A stretch of DNA of 64,000 nucleotides from an uncultured Nitrososphaeraceae archaeon (GTDB lineage: Archaea; Thermoproteota; Nitrososphaeria; Nitrososphaerales; Nitrososphaeraceae): NCBI GenBank assembly GCA_963838615.1, contig CAWISD010000061.1, forward strand, positions 675 to 64,674, in the 5' to 3' direction. Positions 11,010-22,230 of this stretch are shown in pieces (position 1 is the stretch's first letter; each line of letters begins with the position of its first letter). Position numbers and translations under genes: made by a program. The notes under the pieces were generated by a model, which saw only the letters and a list, made by a program, of their open reading frames with translations, made no database searches and was not told where the DNA came from.

Positions 11010-11040
11010 TTCGGTGGGTATAACTACAAATTTGTTTCTA
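11010..11040 (+). repeat. Dispersed direct repeat, copy 1
   Basis: TTCGGTGGGTATAACTACAAATTTGTTTCTA, 29/31 identical to 12511-12541. Confidence 0.85.
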
Positions 11041-11138
11041 TTTGAAGATAAATTTACATATATTTATAAAAAATCGTGAAAGATTGTCCGATTGATTATA
11101 TTAACCAAGGCCAGAGGTCAAATAGAGTTTACTTTTCA

Positions 11139-12441
11139 TTATGCCCCTATTAAATTTTGTATTCCAGTTAGATGCAGTAGTATATAACCAAGTTTTTCCA
11201 TGTCAGCATCCTTTGAATCACAACTACACAGTAATACAACACCTATTTGTTTGGTAGGTGTAAATCCAACATAAGAATTCCAGCCATTGATTGCTCCTGC
11301 GTGAGTTAACGTCTCTGTTCCAAAATTAGTAAGTACACCCCATCCCAAGGCAATATATACATTATAATTCATTGGATTTGGGAGTATACCTGGATGTTGT
11401 ATCAAGTGCTGTAGTGCAATGGATTCATCTAATTTGGTATGAAGTAAGCCTATGTTAGCAGATAAATATTTTAGCAGATCATTTGCAGTTGAACGAAATG
11501 CACCGGCTCCTGCAATAACATCTGGGATTTTAGGAGTTTGAATTTCCGATCCATTTAGATGTCCTACTGGAAATCTATTTTTAATATCATTTTCTGAAAG
11601 AGTAATTTTGGTATCATTCATACCTAATGTATCAAGAATTCTGTTTTTGACAAGTTGTTCGTAAGGTATTCCTCCTTCTTTCAAAGTTAAGATATGTCCA
11701 AGCAATCCCATACCAAAATCAGAATATAGGAATTTTGTCCCTGGCTCGCTAGATAAAGTAATATTGGATAATCCTTGATACAATTGAGTTGAATTATAAT
11801 TAGGATTTAAATCTCCTAAAGTGTTATTTATCCATATATTTGAAGGCATAAATGGAAGACCCGAAGTATGAGATGCCAAGTTTTCAAGTGTTATTTTGTG
11901 TCCATTAAATTGAGGTACCTTTACATTTGAAGGAAGGTATTTTTCAATTGGATCATTTAGATTTACGACTCCTTGTTTTACCATATCAGCTAAAAGTAAT
12001 GTAGTAAAGGTCTTTGTGATGGAGCCTATATCAAATAAAGTGCTCCCATTAACTGGTATGTTATTTAGCTTTTGAAATATTTCCAAAACTGTAAACCTTT
12101 GTACCATTGGGATCTATAAATCCTACAACAATAGCTGCTTTTGATTTATTGACTATATCATTTAAAATAAACTCTTTGACTTTGCCTGGTAGTTCTTTAA
12201 ATGGTGGAATAATCGATGATTGATTTATAAAATCTGTTTTGGCGGTATTATTAGTGACAGAGTTAGAAAAAGAATAAACAAAAGCCACTGAAAATGTAGA
12301 TATTAAGATTGTTGCAAATAATCCTGTAAATAAAATTATTATTAAAGATATAGACGGCAAGGTGGTAGCAATATGGTTACTATTGTTATCATACTGATGT
12401 TGTGATTTATTGAAAAAATTACTTTTTAATTTATTAAGCAC
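11139..12441 (-). CDS. Membrane-anchored or secreted serine hydrolase, beta-lactamase (class C-like) family; frameshift near 12060-12100
   Basis: FDIGSITK (SxxK), LASHTSGLP, PGTKFLYSD, HAG triad. The TM-containing N-terminus is in ORF 12061..12441. Confidence 0.88.
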
Positions 12442-12508
12442 AAACAGGTATTATTTGAGATATTAATAAAGATTAATCCATTGGATATAGTTACTAAAAT
12501 AGAGAGCT

Positions 12509-12566
12509 GGTTCGGTGGGAACAACTACAAATTTGTTTCTAATTCATAATATGTGAAACAAATTTG
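12509..12566 (+). repeat. Dispersed direct repeat, copy 2, with a 12-bp perfect inverted repeat
   Basis: GGTTCGGTGGGAACAACTACAAATTTGTTTCTA; CAAATTTGTTTC (12528-12539) and GAAACAAATTTG (12555-12566) flank a 15-nt loop. Confidence 0.85.
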
Positions 12567-12826
12567 ACACATTTTTGTCACCCTTGTCAACTTCTCCAAT
12601 TGAAGCTCCATAGGTTAATCAGAATAACTACTATCCATAGGTAATAAATTTCGGATATATAGGGATTAGATACCTGCATGTAATCGGGGTTCTATTAACT
12701 AATCTTTAAGGTTATCTGCAAAGTACTCCACTTCTAGCAAAAGAAATCAAAAAAAATAGTATAAAAGAATTAGAATATGGATATGGCTAAGAATTAGAAT
12801 ATAGCCTTAATCAAATTGGCTAGGGT

Positions 12827-14325
12827 TCAAGACCCAAGGTATTTAGTCTCTATGTAGGTCAGAAAGTATTCCGGATTATAGTCTTCATTGAAGGTATTAT
12901 TAAGAAGCATTTTGGGAGCATAGACAGATCCATGCTGATGTATTTTTAATCTTAACCATTCTCTGATAGGCTTGAAATTGCCACCCTTGATGTCTTTCTC
13001 GTAATCCTCCAGGTCTTTGCGCATCTTTGAAGCAATGATCGCTGAAACCAAGTTTCCCAAAGTGTAAGTTGGGAAATAGCCAAATAGTCCACTGCTCCAA
13101 TGAGTATCTTGAAGCACTCCCTGTGAATCCTTAGTTGGCCTCACTCCAAGCAGTTGCTCCATTCTATCGTTCCAGAATTCAGGAATCTCATAGACGTTGA
13201 GCTCATCTCCAAATATTTTTTTCTCTATCTCATATCTTATTGCTATATGGAGATTGTATGTGACTTCGTCGGCGTCAACTCGTATATAATCAGCCTTGAC
13301 GTTGTTGAAATACAGATACAACTCGTCATCTGTTGCTTGGTTTGCGAAACTTACTTGCTTTCTAATCAAGGGAGCTATCAATTGAACAAAAGGCAGGCTT
13401 CTGCCTACAATATTCTCCCAGAACCTTGACTGAGATTCATGGAGCCCAAGCGAAGATCCGCCTTCAACAGGAGTAACAGACAATGACTGATCGCATTGCA
13501 GATTATACAAGGCATGACCAGCTTCGTGAATAGTGCTAGATATCGACTTTTTGAAATCGGTCCCTTCATACCGAGTAGTTATTCTTACGTCGTTGAGGCC
13601 CATAGCCTCAGTGAAAGGATGAGTAGATACATCCATTCTGAAACGTTCCATGTCGTATTGCAAGAGAGTCAAAATGTCATGATTGAGCTCGTCAACTTTT
13701 TGGATATCATACTTTGATTTTCCAAGTTTGCTCTCTTTACAAAACGGGCTGCCTGAATCTACGAGTTTTTTCAGAATCTTCTGAATACGCGAAGTCAACG
13801 CACCGAATACTTTATCCAAATCATCTACTGTAAGATCTTCTTCGAACTTATCCAAAAGCGCATCATACGGATGCTTTTCATAACCTATCTTCTCAGCGAT
13901 TTGCTTCTTTATTTCTATCATTTTCTTCAAGTGGGGTGCATACATCATGAAATCAGATTTTTCTCTCGCCTCCCTCCATGCCATGTTGCCCCTTATTCTT
14001 TCCAGAGATTCTGCTTCAGTCAACTCTTTGGGTATCTTGATCTGCTTGGTTATTTCCCTGTTGAGTACTCGTATAATGCCCTTCTCTAAATCGCTAGGGC
14101 TCCCAGTTTCTTCGCTGACTCAACAAGACCAACAAAATCTTTGTTTAGCAGGAGATCCTTATGCAGCATGTGAAGTTGAGAATCGGCCACTCCTCTTTCT
14201 TCCGTGCCTTTCCTAGGCATATAAGTCTCAAAGTCCCAACCCATTAGAGAAATGGCATGATTTAGCGACCACATTGGTTTGTAAGCATTGAGGATCTGAT
14301 TCATGACAGGGTTCTCGCATCTCAT
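12827..14325 (-). CDS. M32 family thermostable-type carboxypeptidase (frameshift near 14090)
   Basis: LMGWD.ETYMP, HPF, DVRITTRY, HEAGH, HESQ, IRVDAD, GVLQDTHW, GYFPTYTLG. Confidence 0.93.
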
Positions 14326-14856
14326 GTCGTCACACTTTCCATGAACTCAATCACATCGGTCTATTAATCATTGCTAGCCAGGAATGCATCTTTGAAAAAT
14401 CTCGTTAGCGGCTTGAATATGGTCAGGATGGACGTGTGTCAAAATTATCCCTTGGATGTTCTCCATTTTATATCTAGAATTAGCAATATAGGTCTTAAGC
14501 TTAGGAAGCTCTGAAGTAAGGCAAGTGTCAATAAGAGTCAAATCATCTGGTTACTCCTCTATAAAGATAAGGCACAATTCCCACACCAGGAATCGGATGA
14601 TATAACCCGTCAATCGAATGCACCTGACGATTAATTTGACCCAAATCTCGCGATGAGTATTGATTATTAGACCCCAAGATTTTGGGACCTTAAACCATAT
14701 TGGCTAGCTGCAATGTGAGTATGGCTGGCTCCTATCAGGTTATTTCGACTAGTCTAAAAACTGTAGATTTGTATTTGTCAACACATAATACTGTCATTGG
14801 CTTCTAAGAATATGTCGGATAAGATGCACTTCGGACCTAATCTAGTTGTTAAGATA

Positions 14857-14883
14857 GTGGAAACAACTGAAAATTTGTTTCTA
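14857..14883 (+). repeat. Dispersed direct repeat, copy 3 (degenerate)
   Basis: GTGGAAACAACTGAAAATTTGTTTCTA, 24/27 identical to copy 2. Confidence 0.7.
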
Positions 14884-15025
14884 TTTCTATTATGTTCAAT
14901 TAATTCATACTTGATCTACATATGTTAATTATATGTATCGTAATAGACTTTGACAGTATCCCATCGCCGTGACTTGCACTGGTAGGCAAAGAAATTCATA
15001 TGCTTATAATAAATAATTTCATTGC

Positions 15026-15163
15026 TGCTTTGTTGCATAACTCATTTTTTCGTAGATGAATGAATAATCCAATCTAAGTTTCGGAGATCGGATACCAATA
15101 ATTCGTTTTGTTATTGTAAAGATTTAGTCGAGAAAACGAATTTTATAGTTATGCAACAAAACA
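15026..15163. mobile_element. 138-bp MITE, subfamily B
   Basis: TIRs TGCTTTGTTGCATAAC / GTTATGCAACAAAACA; near-identical reverse complement of 62813-62952; flanked by TTCATTGC / TTCATTGT. Confidence 0.92.
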
Positions 15164-15584
15164 TTCATTGTAGTTTAATCTCATATTATAAAGAGAACCA
15201 TAGAGGATCAATTGATTTCGATTCTGGCAAGAATACAGGGATCTGTTAATTTATTATTATAATTTTTAATTTTTTCTCATTCAACTTGAATATCTATTTT
15301 TATCCTGTTTGTCATATATTCTAACTTTTGACCAGAATTAGCCTTGAGAATAATAACAGATCATCCAAAAAATGTTATATTATGAAGTAGTATTGCATTT
15401 GCTATCTATTGAAACGGCAATATGAATTATAGTAGATCTTCATTATCAGGTATTTGTTAGTATTAGTCATGGCACAGCACAGGAACCTATTCTATTTTAT
15501 TATCAACTTTTGATTGGTATAGTATTATAAAGAAAATAAATTTTGGACTAAAAGAGTCACTATAAGTAATAGAAAAAATATGTG

Positions 15585-15961
15585 TTATGTTGTAGATTTA
15601 TTATCTTCATAAATCCCAAACATATTGTTTTCACTATCTAAACAAATAGCGAAAAATCCCATATTTGGAATTTCTTTTTTTGGTATTATTACTTTACCAC
15701 CTGATTGCTCTATTTTAGAAGAATATTCATCAATAGAAGAAACAGTAATGTAATTTGTAACTGTATGTTGTGGAGACTGACGTTTCATCATTCCGCCTCC
15801 TAAACCTGAATTTCCTTTATCATCTTTAGTTTCAAACATCCAATAATCATGTCTTCAGGATTACTCCATTTTTGCATATCCCATCCAAATACTTTTTTAT
15901 AGAATTCTTGAGCTCTGTTTACATCATCTGCTGGAATTTCAAAATATTGTACTGTTGGCAC
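15585..15961 (-). CDS. VOC/glyoxalase family protein (frameshift near 15850)
   Basis: GTG start gives MPTVQYFEIPADDVNRAQEFYKKVFGW, which joins GGGMMKRQ..NYITVSSID..GGKVI.PK.EIP.MG.FA...DSENN.FG. Confidence 0.85.
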
Positions 15962-16107
15962 ATTTAGTGATTCATTTTATACTATTTAATTATTGTATCT
16001 TCTTTAAAATCCATAGATAATAGCGGTGTTTCGTTAAAACCTAGTAAAACGTTACTTCTTATATTCAAAAAAATAACACTACTTATGTTGCTAAATATTT
16101 TGAAGAA

Positions 16108-16416
16108 TCATTTAATGATTCTGTTGTTGATTTTGTTGTTGGCCTTGATGTATGTAGCAATGATTATTTTACCATTTATCGTCCATTCTGCACCTCCTAA
16201 TTCCTTTCCACCTGGGCCTCGTGCAGAGGATATATCAATTTTCATATGATCAAAAGTATATGTTACCGTTACATCTTTGTTTATAACCTTGTCTATTAAT
16301 TTTGTAATTATTTCAGAATATTGTGATACTTTTTGTTGCCCATTATTTGAATCATCATTGATGTTATCTACAACATCCTTTGCTTTTTCTTTAACTTTAT
16401 CAATAATTTCAGCCAT
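16108..16416 (-). CDS. Hypothetical protein
   Basis: Clean 102-aa ATG ORF with protein-like composition. Confidence 0.65.
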   Translation of the reverse strand: MAEIIDKVKEKAKDVVDNINDDSNNGQQKVSQYSEIITKLIDKVINKDVTVTYTFDHMKIDISSARGPGGKELGGAEWTINGKIIIATYIKANNKINNRIIK

Positions 16417-17188
16417 TTCATTCTATTATTATTTTGCATATATAAATAATGTACAGGTCAAAAGAAATAATCTAAAAATATGATTATAATATTTTTAATT
16501 AATAAAAACTTCACTATTTTCTATATTTTATTGTATTATTTGGTAAATCGTTTATTATTAATATTTTAGTATTTATTTCGATTTTAATCGACCAACAAAT
16601 CCAGATTGATAGAATAAAGCATGAATAATGGCACTCTGTCTATTGTTTCAAAAATGATTAAGGAAATCGATGCCATTATGATTCCTAACCTTTGAATAAT
16701 ATAATGTTCACGATCCGCTTCATTAAATTGGAGTAAATCTTGCGCCTTTCCCTATAGTGTACCTATATACTGAAAACAGCTATAGATATACTATGGTAAA
16801 TTAATTCCAGTTTTGTATCTCAGTGTATTTCTCCAATTAATAAGAGAGGTTAGAGTTTTCCTGGTGATTCACCTGAATCTAATGTGGCGGATTGATGTTG
16901 GAAATAAGTAAATTACAATGTTTTGCCAAACTATTATTCTAATTTTTCTCACCTCGAACAAAAAATATCTCAATATTATAGGACAAGAAAATTCAATCTG
17001 GGATTCAAAAATGTCTGTTGCGATTCATGGATTAATGTTATCCAGTATTGTGTCAGATGATTATCCCTTGCTATGTAAATTTGAAAATAATCAATCTAAT
17101 TAAAATGCTTGAATTTATAAATAAACAAAATTGCATAGTAAGTAAATGCTTCTTCAAATCTATATACTATTTCAGAATTACAAAAGAT

Positions 17189-17416
17189 ATGATATATCCC
17201 CAAATATCAAAACATGAAAAAAATTTAACAATTATATCTGCAATAGTGGTTTTATCCCTAGTTGCAATACTTTGCTCTATTATTGCTTCATCGAACCCAT
17301 TTTCTACAATAAACGGAAATACTAAAGAAATCATCAAAATAATTTCATTAATTACTGTAATAGTATCAATATTCGGTTTCCTGTTAACCATATGGAGTTC
17401 TATGAAACTTCAATGA
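17189..17416 (+). CDS. Small two-TM membrane protein
   Basis: Likely start at MIYPQ inside ORF 17048..17416; two hydrophobic helices. Confidence 0.5.
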   Translation: MIYPQISKHEKNLTIISAIVVLSLVAILCSIIASSNPFSTINGNTKEIIKIISLITVIVSIFGFLLTIWSSMKLQ

Positions 17417-17460
17417 TACAGATAATACCTTACTTTACAATACCACTTAAATGTAGCTAG

Positions 17461-18180
17461 TATACCAATTAGCATAAATTCTCTAAATTACATCTCGTAA
17501 CAAATAGTTTCTGATATTAAGATCGAATCTTTTTGTTCTAAAGTATGTAGATATCTTGTTTTTTAAACCTGTAAATGATGCATAATATTTTAAAACAAGC
17601 AATTCTCGTTTGGCCATATTCCATACCTCATTTTCCATCACCATAAATTCTGGTGATGCGGTAGTTGGAAGATATACTGAGATTAGAGTATTATCATGGT
17701 TATCTTCAAGGTACTTTTTGTACTTTCTCTGATTTGTAATGAGGAGATGTTTTATCCATGAAAAGATAGCATTTTGGAAACTCGGAATGAATTATCTTTA
17801 TATAATCAAGGAATGTCTCGACATTGAATATATCGCACTGTCTGAAAATTTGTTTTCTATCTATGCATATAACACCAAACAAACATGAATGTTTATGCTA
17901 AACTGTTACTCGAATAACTGGTCTTTTCACATATTCAAACTCTTCTTCCAAGAGGAACATAGAAAAAGTATAATTCATCCGATGATACTTAGGTAAAGCA
18001 TTTGTCTTGCCCTTCTTGCTGTTGTTGTTGTTGCTTCTGCCGTGGCTTTGAGTATCCACAAGTATCTGTTATGTCTTTTTTTTGAATTCCTTTTTCTCTC
18101 TTTGGGTGCTGTATTTACATGTACTGTCTTGGTATCATGTAACCCCGATTACAGTATTTGTTTATATAAGTATAACAATG
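17461..18180 (-). mobile_element. IS630-family transposase remnant
   Basis: Minus strand reads QIFRQCDIFNVETFLDY..FMDKTSPH..LPTASPEF..KISTYFRTKRF, similar to the 1752-3028 element; IR-like TATACCAATTAGCATAAATT at 17461. Confidence 0.75.
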
Positions 18181-18196
18181 ATCATAAGGCTCTGTT

Positions 18197-18575
18197 AAGA
18201 GCTGTGTAGACACAAGGATACATTCTCTTGTAAAATATTTATGATTGCTTTGCCATGATTTTTATTATATGTATCCTTCCACTTGTTAACTATTGCTTTT
18301 CCTATTTCTTGTTCATCTTTGAATGTGGAATTGTTGATTGTTTGCCTTTGTAACCATCATGACCATCTTACCTCAATCAAGTTGAGCTCTGGAGATCTTA
18401 CCGGTAAGAATATAAATTTTATTCTTGGACAACATTTGGATATTTCTTCCTTTACCATCTTTGATTTGTGTGCTGAAAGGTTATCAAGAACAACAAAGAT
18501 ATTTTGAATATTCTTGTCATCATATCTTCTATCTACTCTTTTTAGAAAGTCAACAAACTGTTTCCCTGTCTAATT
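18197..18575 (-). mobile_element. Second IS630-family transposase fragment (C-terminal DDE part)
   Basis: Minus strand reads FVDFLKRVD..IFVVLDNLSAHKSK..FLPVRSPELNLIEVRWS. Confidence 0.8.
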
Positions 18576-18585
18576 CCTATAACAA

Positions 18586-18612
18586 TAGATCTCTTGCGTA
18601 ATTGCTTACAAA
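18586..18612 (+). mobile_element. Isolated terminal IR of the IS5-family element
   Basis: TAGATCTCTTGCGTAATTG matches the reverse complement of 62245-62263. Confidence 0.6.
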
Positions 18613-18613
18613 C

Positions 18614-18752
18614 TGCTTTGTTGCATGATCATTTTATTCGTTGTTTGTTAGCGTTTTGTTGATAGAGTTATAACTGGAATAGTCAAAATCCAATTGATAT
18701 TATCATACACAAATCACATTTTTAACTGATTTTCGAATCATGCAACAAAGCA
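18614..18752. mobile_element. 139-bp MITE, subfamily A (no TSD)
   Basis: TIRs TGCTTTGTTGCATGAT / ATCATGCAACAAAGCA; the interior is homologous to 2788-2926 in reverse orientation. Confidence 0.88.
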
Positions 18753-19302
18753 GAAAATTAGATGTATAGAAACAACTCAAAGGTATTTAACAATTATAGG
18801 AGAAAATATTGTTACAGTATCTACGAGAAAAGATAATTTGTGAAATAAAATAATATTTTAAATAAACTATTATTAAAAGCATTCATCTATAATATATTGT
18901 TAAAACATTATAATCACATAAACAAATTCCATTTGAATAACCTTAAATTTGGTCATTTCAAAAAAGCAAAAATTTAGTTATAAAAAGTTCAAAAAAATAA
19001 TAAATACACTAGCAAATGAGATATTTATTTCTTAGTTAATATTTTTAAATCTAACAGCATTCAAATTAATCCATTGAAAAACTGGAATTAATTAATAGAT
19101 ATTCTAAAGGATCATAGATAAATTAGTTTTTTTATAAATATATATTTATTCGATGGGTTATAAATAATTGATTATTCTTTTCAGTTTTTGGTAATGAGCT
19201 ATTCAAACCTTTTGCTGAATAAGTATTATATTAAAGATGAAAATAAATATACATTCAAAATATGGCGTTATACATTCAAAGCATGGAGTTCTCATCTAGA
19301 CA

Positions 19303-19500
19303 ATGACTTGTAGAGGGATTTGCATTAGACACAAGTCAAAAAAAATACCAAAGACTTTGCGTTATGGGGAAAATGAGAAACGCTGCCAAATTTGTGATAT
19401 ATTTATTCGATGGAATGGATTATTTTGTCCTTGTTGTGGCTATAGGTTAAGGCATAATGCGAGGATCCAAAAATATAAAATTAAAAAATACATTGAATAA
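19303..19500 (+). CDS. Small Cys-rich zinc-finger-like protein typical of thaumarchaea
   Basis: MTCRGIC..KRCQICDIFIRWNGLFCPCCGYRLR. Confidence 0.75.
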   Translation: MTCRGICIRHKSKKIPKTLRYGENEKRCQICDIFIRWNGLFCPCCGYRLRHNARIQKYKIKKYIE

Positions 19501-19574
19501 ACAGTCTCAAATGTTCTATAAAGGTAACCCGATCCAAATTATAATATGTAAAATAGAGAAGAATATCTAAAGTA

Positions 19575-20287
19575 TTAAATTAATTTATTGTGAAAAAGCG
19601 TATAGATCGATTTCATTTGATCTCTCGTAAGTTGACCTGGTGCAACTGCTTTATCAATTGTTGCATAAGTAAAAGGACAATCACCAACAATATTACATAA
19701 AATCCGTGTTATGATACCCAACTCCCCCATTGAAAATGCCACTAAATTAATAGTTGTATCTATTATATCATATAATTCCAGAATATTAATTGAATCTTCT
19801 ATAGATTTTGCAAAAGTAACTATTTTAATGAAATTACTGAATATTCTCATTTTGTCAATTAAATCTATCAAGATTTCTTTATCTGGGGTTCCTGTGAAAT
19901 CATGCCATGATACCAAGATTCTGACTTGGTTTTCATCTATAAAGTCAGCCAACTCATTATTTTTCGATATAGAGTTATATTCCAAATCTAACAGCATTGG
20001 TCTAGATAAGGCTAGTTTTTTTATCAGAATCAATCTTTCAGTTTCCCCTTCGGAAAAATTTCCACCTTCACTAATGGGTCTTAATGTATATATTGATTGA
20101 TTTTTATATTTTGAAATCCTTTCTAAAATCTTATCAATATTCTTAAATTCTTTTAAATAATCAAAGCGAAATTCTATAAAACATGTATTCATCTTCTTTT
20201 CGAATATATTTTCTATTTTATTTTCAATATTTTCTAATTCCTCTAATATTCTGTTAAAGGGATAGAAATACAGATTTTTTTCTCCAT
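19575..20287 (-). CDS. aroD: Type I 3-dehydroquinate dehydratase (frameshift near 5' end)
   Basis: ATG at 20287 gives MEKKICISIP; IEFRFDYL, TLRP.SEGG.F, VSWHDF.GTP, FSMGELG..TRI, APGQ. Confidence 0.9.
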
Positions 20288-20393
20288 TGACAAATTGAAT
20301 TTAATATGGAAAATTTGTATTATAACATTTTCTTTTATCTTTATTGAATGATTTATATTTTTTAGATGTTATACTAATATTATTCTACAATAT

Positions 20394-21199
20394 ATGGCGC
20401 CAGGGGATATGTTTTTTATCGAACATTTAAATGAGCTTCGAGTTAGATTTTTAAGAATCATTGTTTTTGCAATTTCCATTGTTATTTTTTCTTCAATATT
20501 TGGTATCCACTTGATAACTATAAACAATTATTCGTTTTATTTTTTTTCCCCATCCGTTTATAATAATATCTCAAGTCAATTAATTCTTTTTTTAAGCCAT
20601 AATTTACTTCCTCAAGGTGTGAGATTAATCCAGACAGCACCTGGTCAATCATTATTTGCACAAATATATGTATCAATTCTATTGAGTATTACCTGTTCGA
20701 TTCCTATAATAGTAAATGAAATTTTTGGATTTGTTAGCCCTGCAATATCTAACCAAACAAAAAAAATAACGATTTTTAAATTCATTTTCCCAATAACTAT
20801 TCTTTTCTTAAGCGGTATTCTTTTTTCTTTTTTAATAGCTATTCCAATAATGTTACATTTTTATATCAATATGGTCAATCATTAGGAATACTTTCATTTT
20901 TAAGCATAAATGAATTTATTAGTTTTGTATCTACAATTTTTTATTGCATTTGGGATATCATTTCAATTGCCGTTATGATGTACATTCTTTCATTAACAGG
21001 ATTAATAGACAATAGATTTTGGATAAAGAATTTTAAATATGCTTTAATATTGATCGTAATTTTTGGCGCATTTATAACTCCGGATGGAAGTGGGGTCACG
21101 ATGTGGTTTATTTCTATACCTATGTTATTGCTATATTTTCTAGGTATTTTATTAATAAAACTAAAAGTTCGAAAGACAGATAAAATATTGAAAACTTAG
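20394..21199 (+). CDS. tatC: Twin-arginine translocase subunit TatC (frameshifted)
   Basis: M.F.EHL.ELR.R at the N-terminus, FGISFQLP, GAFITPDGSGVTMW; multiple TM helices. Confidence 0.9.
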
Positions 21200-21248
21200 A
21201 TAATGCATTAAATTTAACAGAAAAACAAGATAAAGATAACAATAGAAT

Positions 21249-22128
21249 TTAAACTACATGAGAAGTAATTTTTTTCCAATCAGCTATTAATGCCTCTGAT
21301 CGGATATGAAGAGGTTCGTTTGACAATCTACTTTTAGCAAGGTCAACATATTCTTTTTTTATATCAATTCCTAAAAAATGTCTATCCAAATTATAAGCAA
21401 CTTTGGTAGTCTGACCGCTTCCATTAAATGGATCTAAAACTATATCTCCATTATATGAATATAATTTCATTAGCCTGTACGGAATTTCTTCGGGAAAAGG
21501 ACATGGATGGTCTATATATCTTGGAGGAACGGGTGCCATATGCCAAACTGAATTTGCAATCTCTTTAGTCCATTCTTCATGTGTTGCAGGAAGAATTTCC
21601 CTTTTTTCATTTCTTCCCGATTTTACATCACCTTTTCGTAATACTAGAATAAATTCATGCATAATATTTGCTCTATAATATTTAGGATAAGGATTGATGA
21701 TGAAAGAACCATATCTATTTGTTCCTCCAGTTACTTTGTGCCATATTATTTCTTCGTGTAAATTCCATTTACCGCCAGGAGTAACTAATTTTGATAATAG
21801 TAAATGAGGTAAAGGGTATAAGAGTCCCATTTACAACTTCATTTGCAATAACAATGCAACAATATCCTCCCTCTTTTGTAACTCTATAAACCTGTTCATT
21901 GAATACAGAAACTAAGTTATTGAGATAGTCATCTAGACTAACTCTAGTAATGCCTCTATAATATTCCAAACTTTTCTTTGAAACATGTACATCATAATCA
22001 ATTGCATTTCCATATGGTGGAGATGTAATTGTTAATTGAATACTGTTAGAAGGAAAATTTTTTAATATTTTTTCACAATTTCCTAAGAGGATTTTATCAT
22101 AAATTGATTCTGGCCTAATCAGCATCAT
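21249..22128 (-). CDS. Beta-class N4-cytosine/N6-adenine DNA methyltransferase (frameshift near 21800-21830)
   Basis: Motif IV TSPPY precedes HPCPFPEE and motif I VLDPFNGSGQT. Confidence 0.9.
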
Positions 22129-22230
22129 CTTAGTTTTTTAAATTAAGTCGATAATCACAATACTCTAAAAATATAAACATATTGATAAAAAAAAGATAAC
22201 AATTAAACAATATATTTATTTTTTATCGTT

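Noticed and set aside
11010..14883. Canonical integron attC sites
   Set aside because: There are no RYYYAAC/GTTRRRY core pairs and no IntI gene in the window. The repeat is kept only as a non-canonical cassette-like hypothesis.
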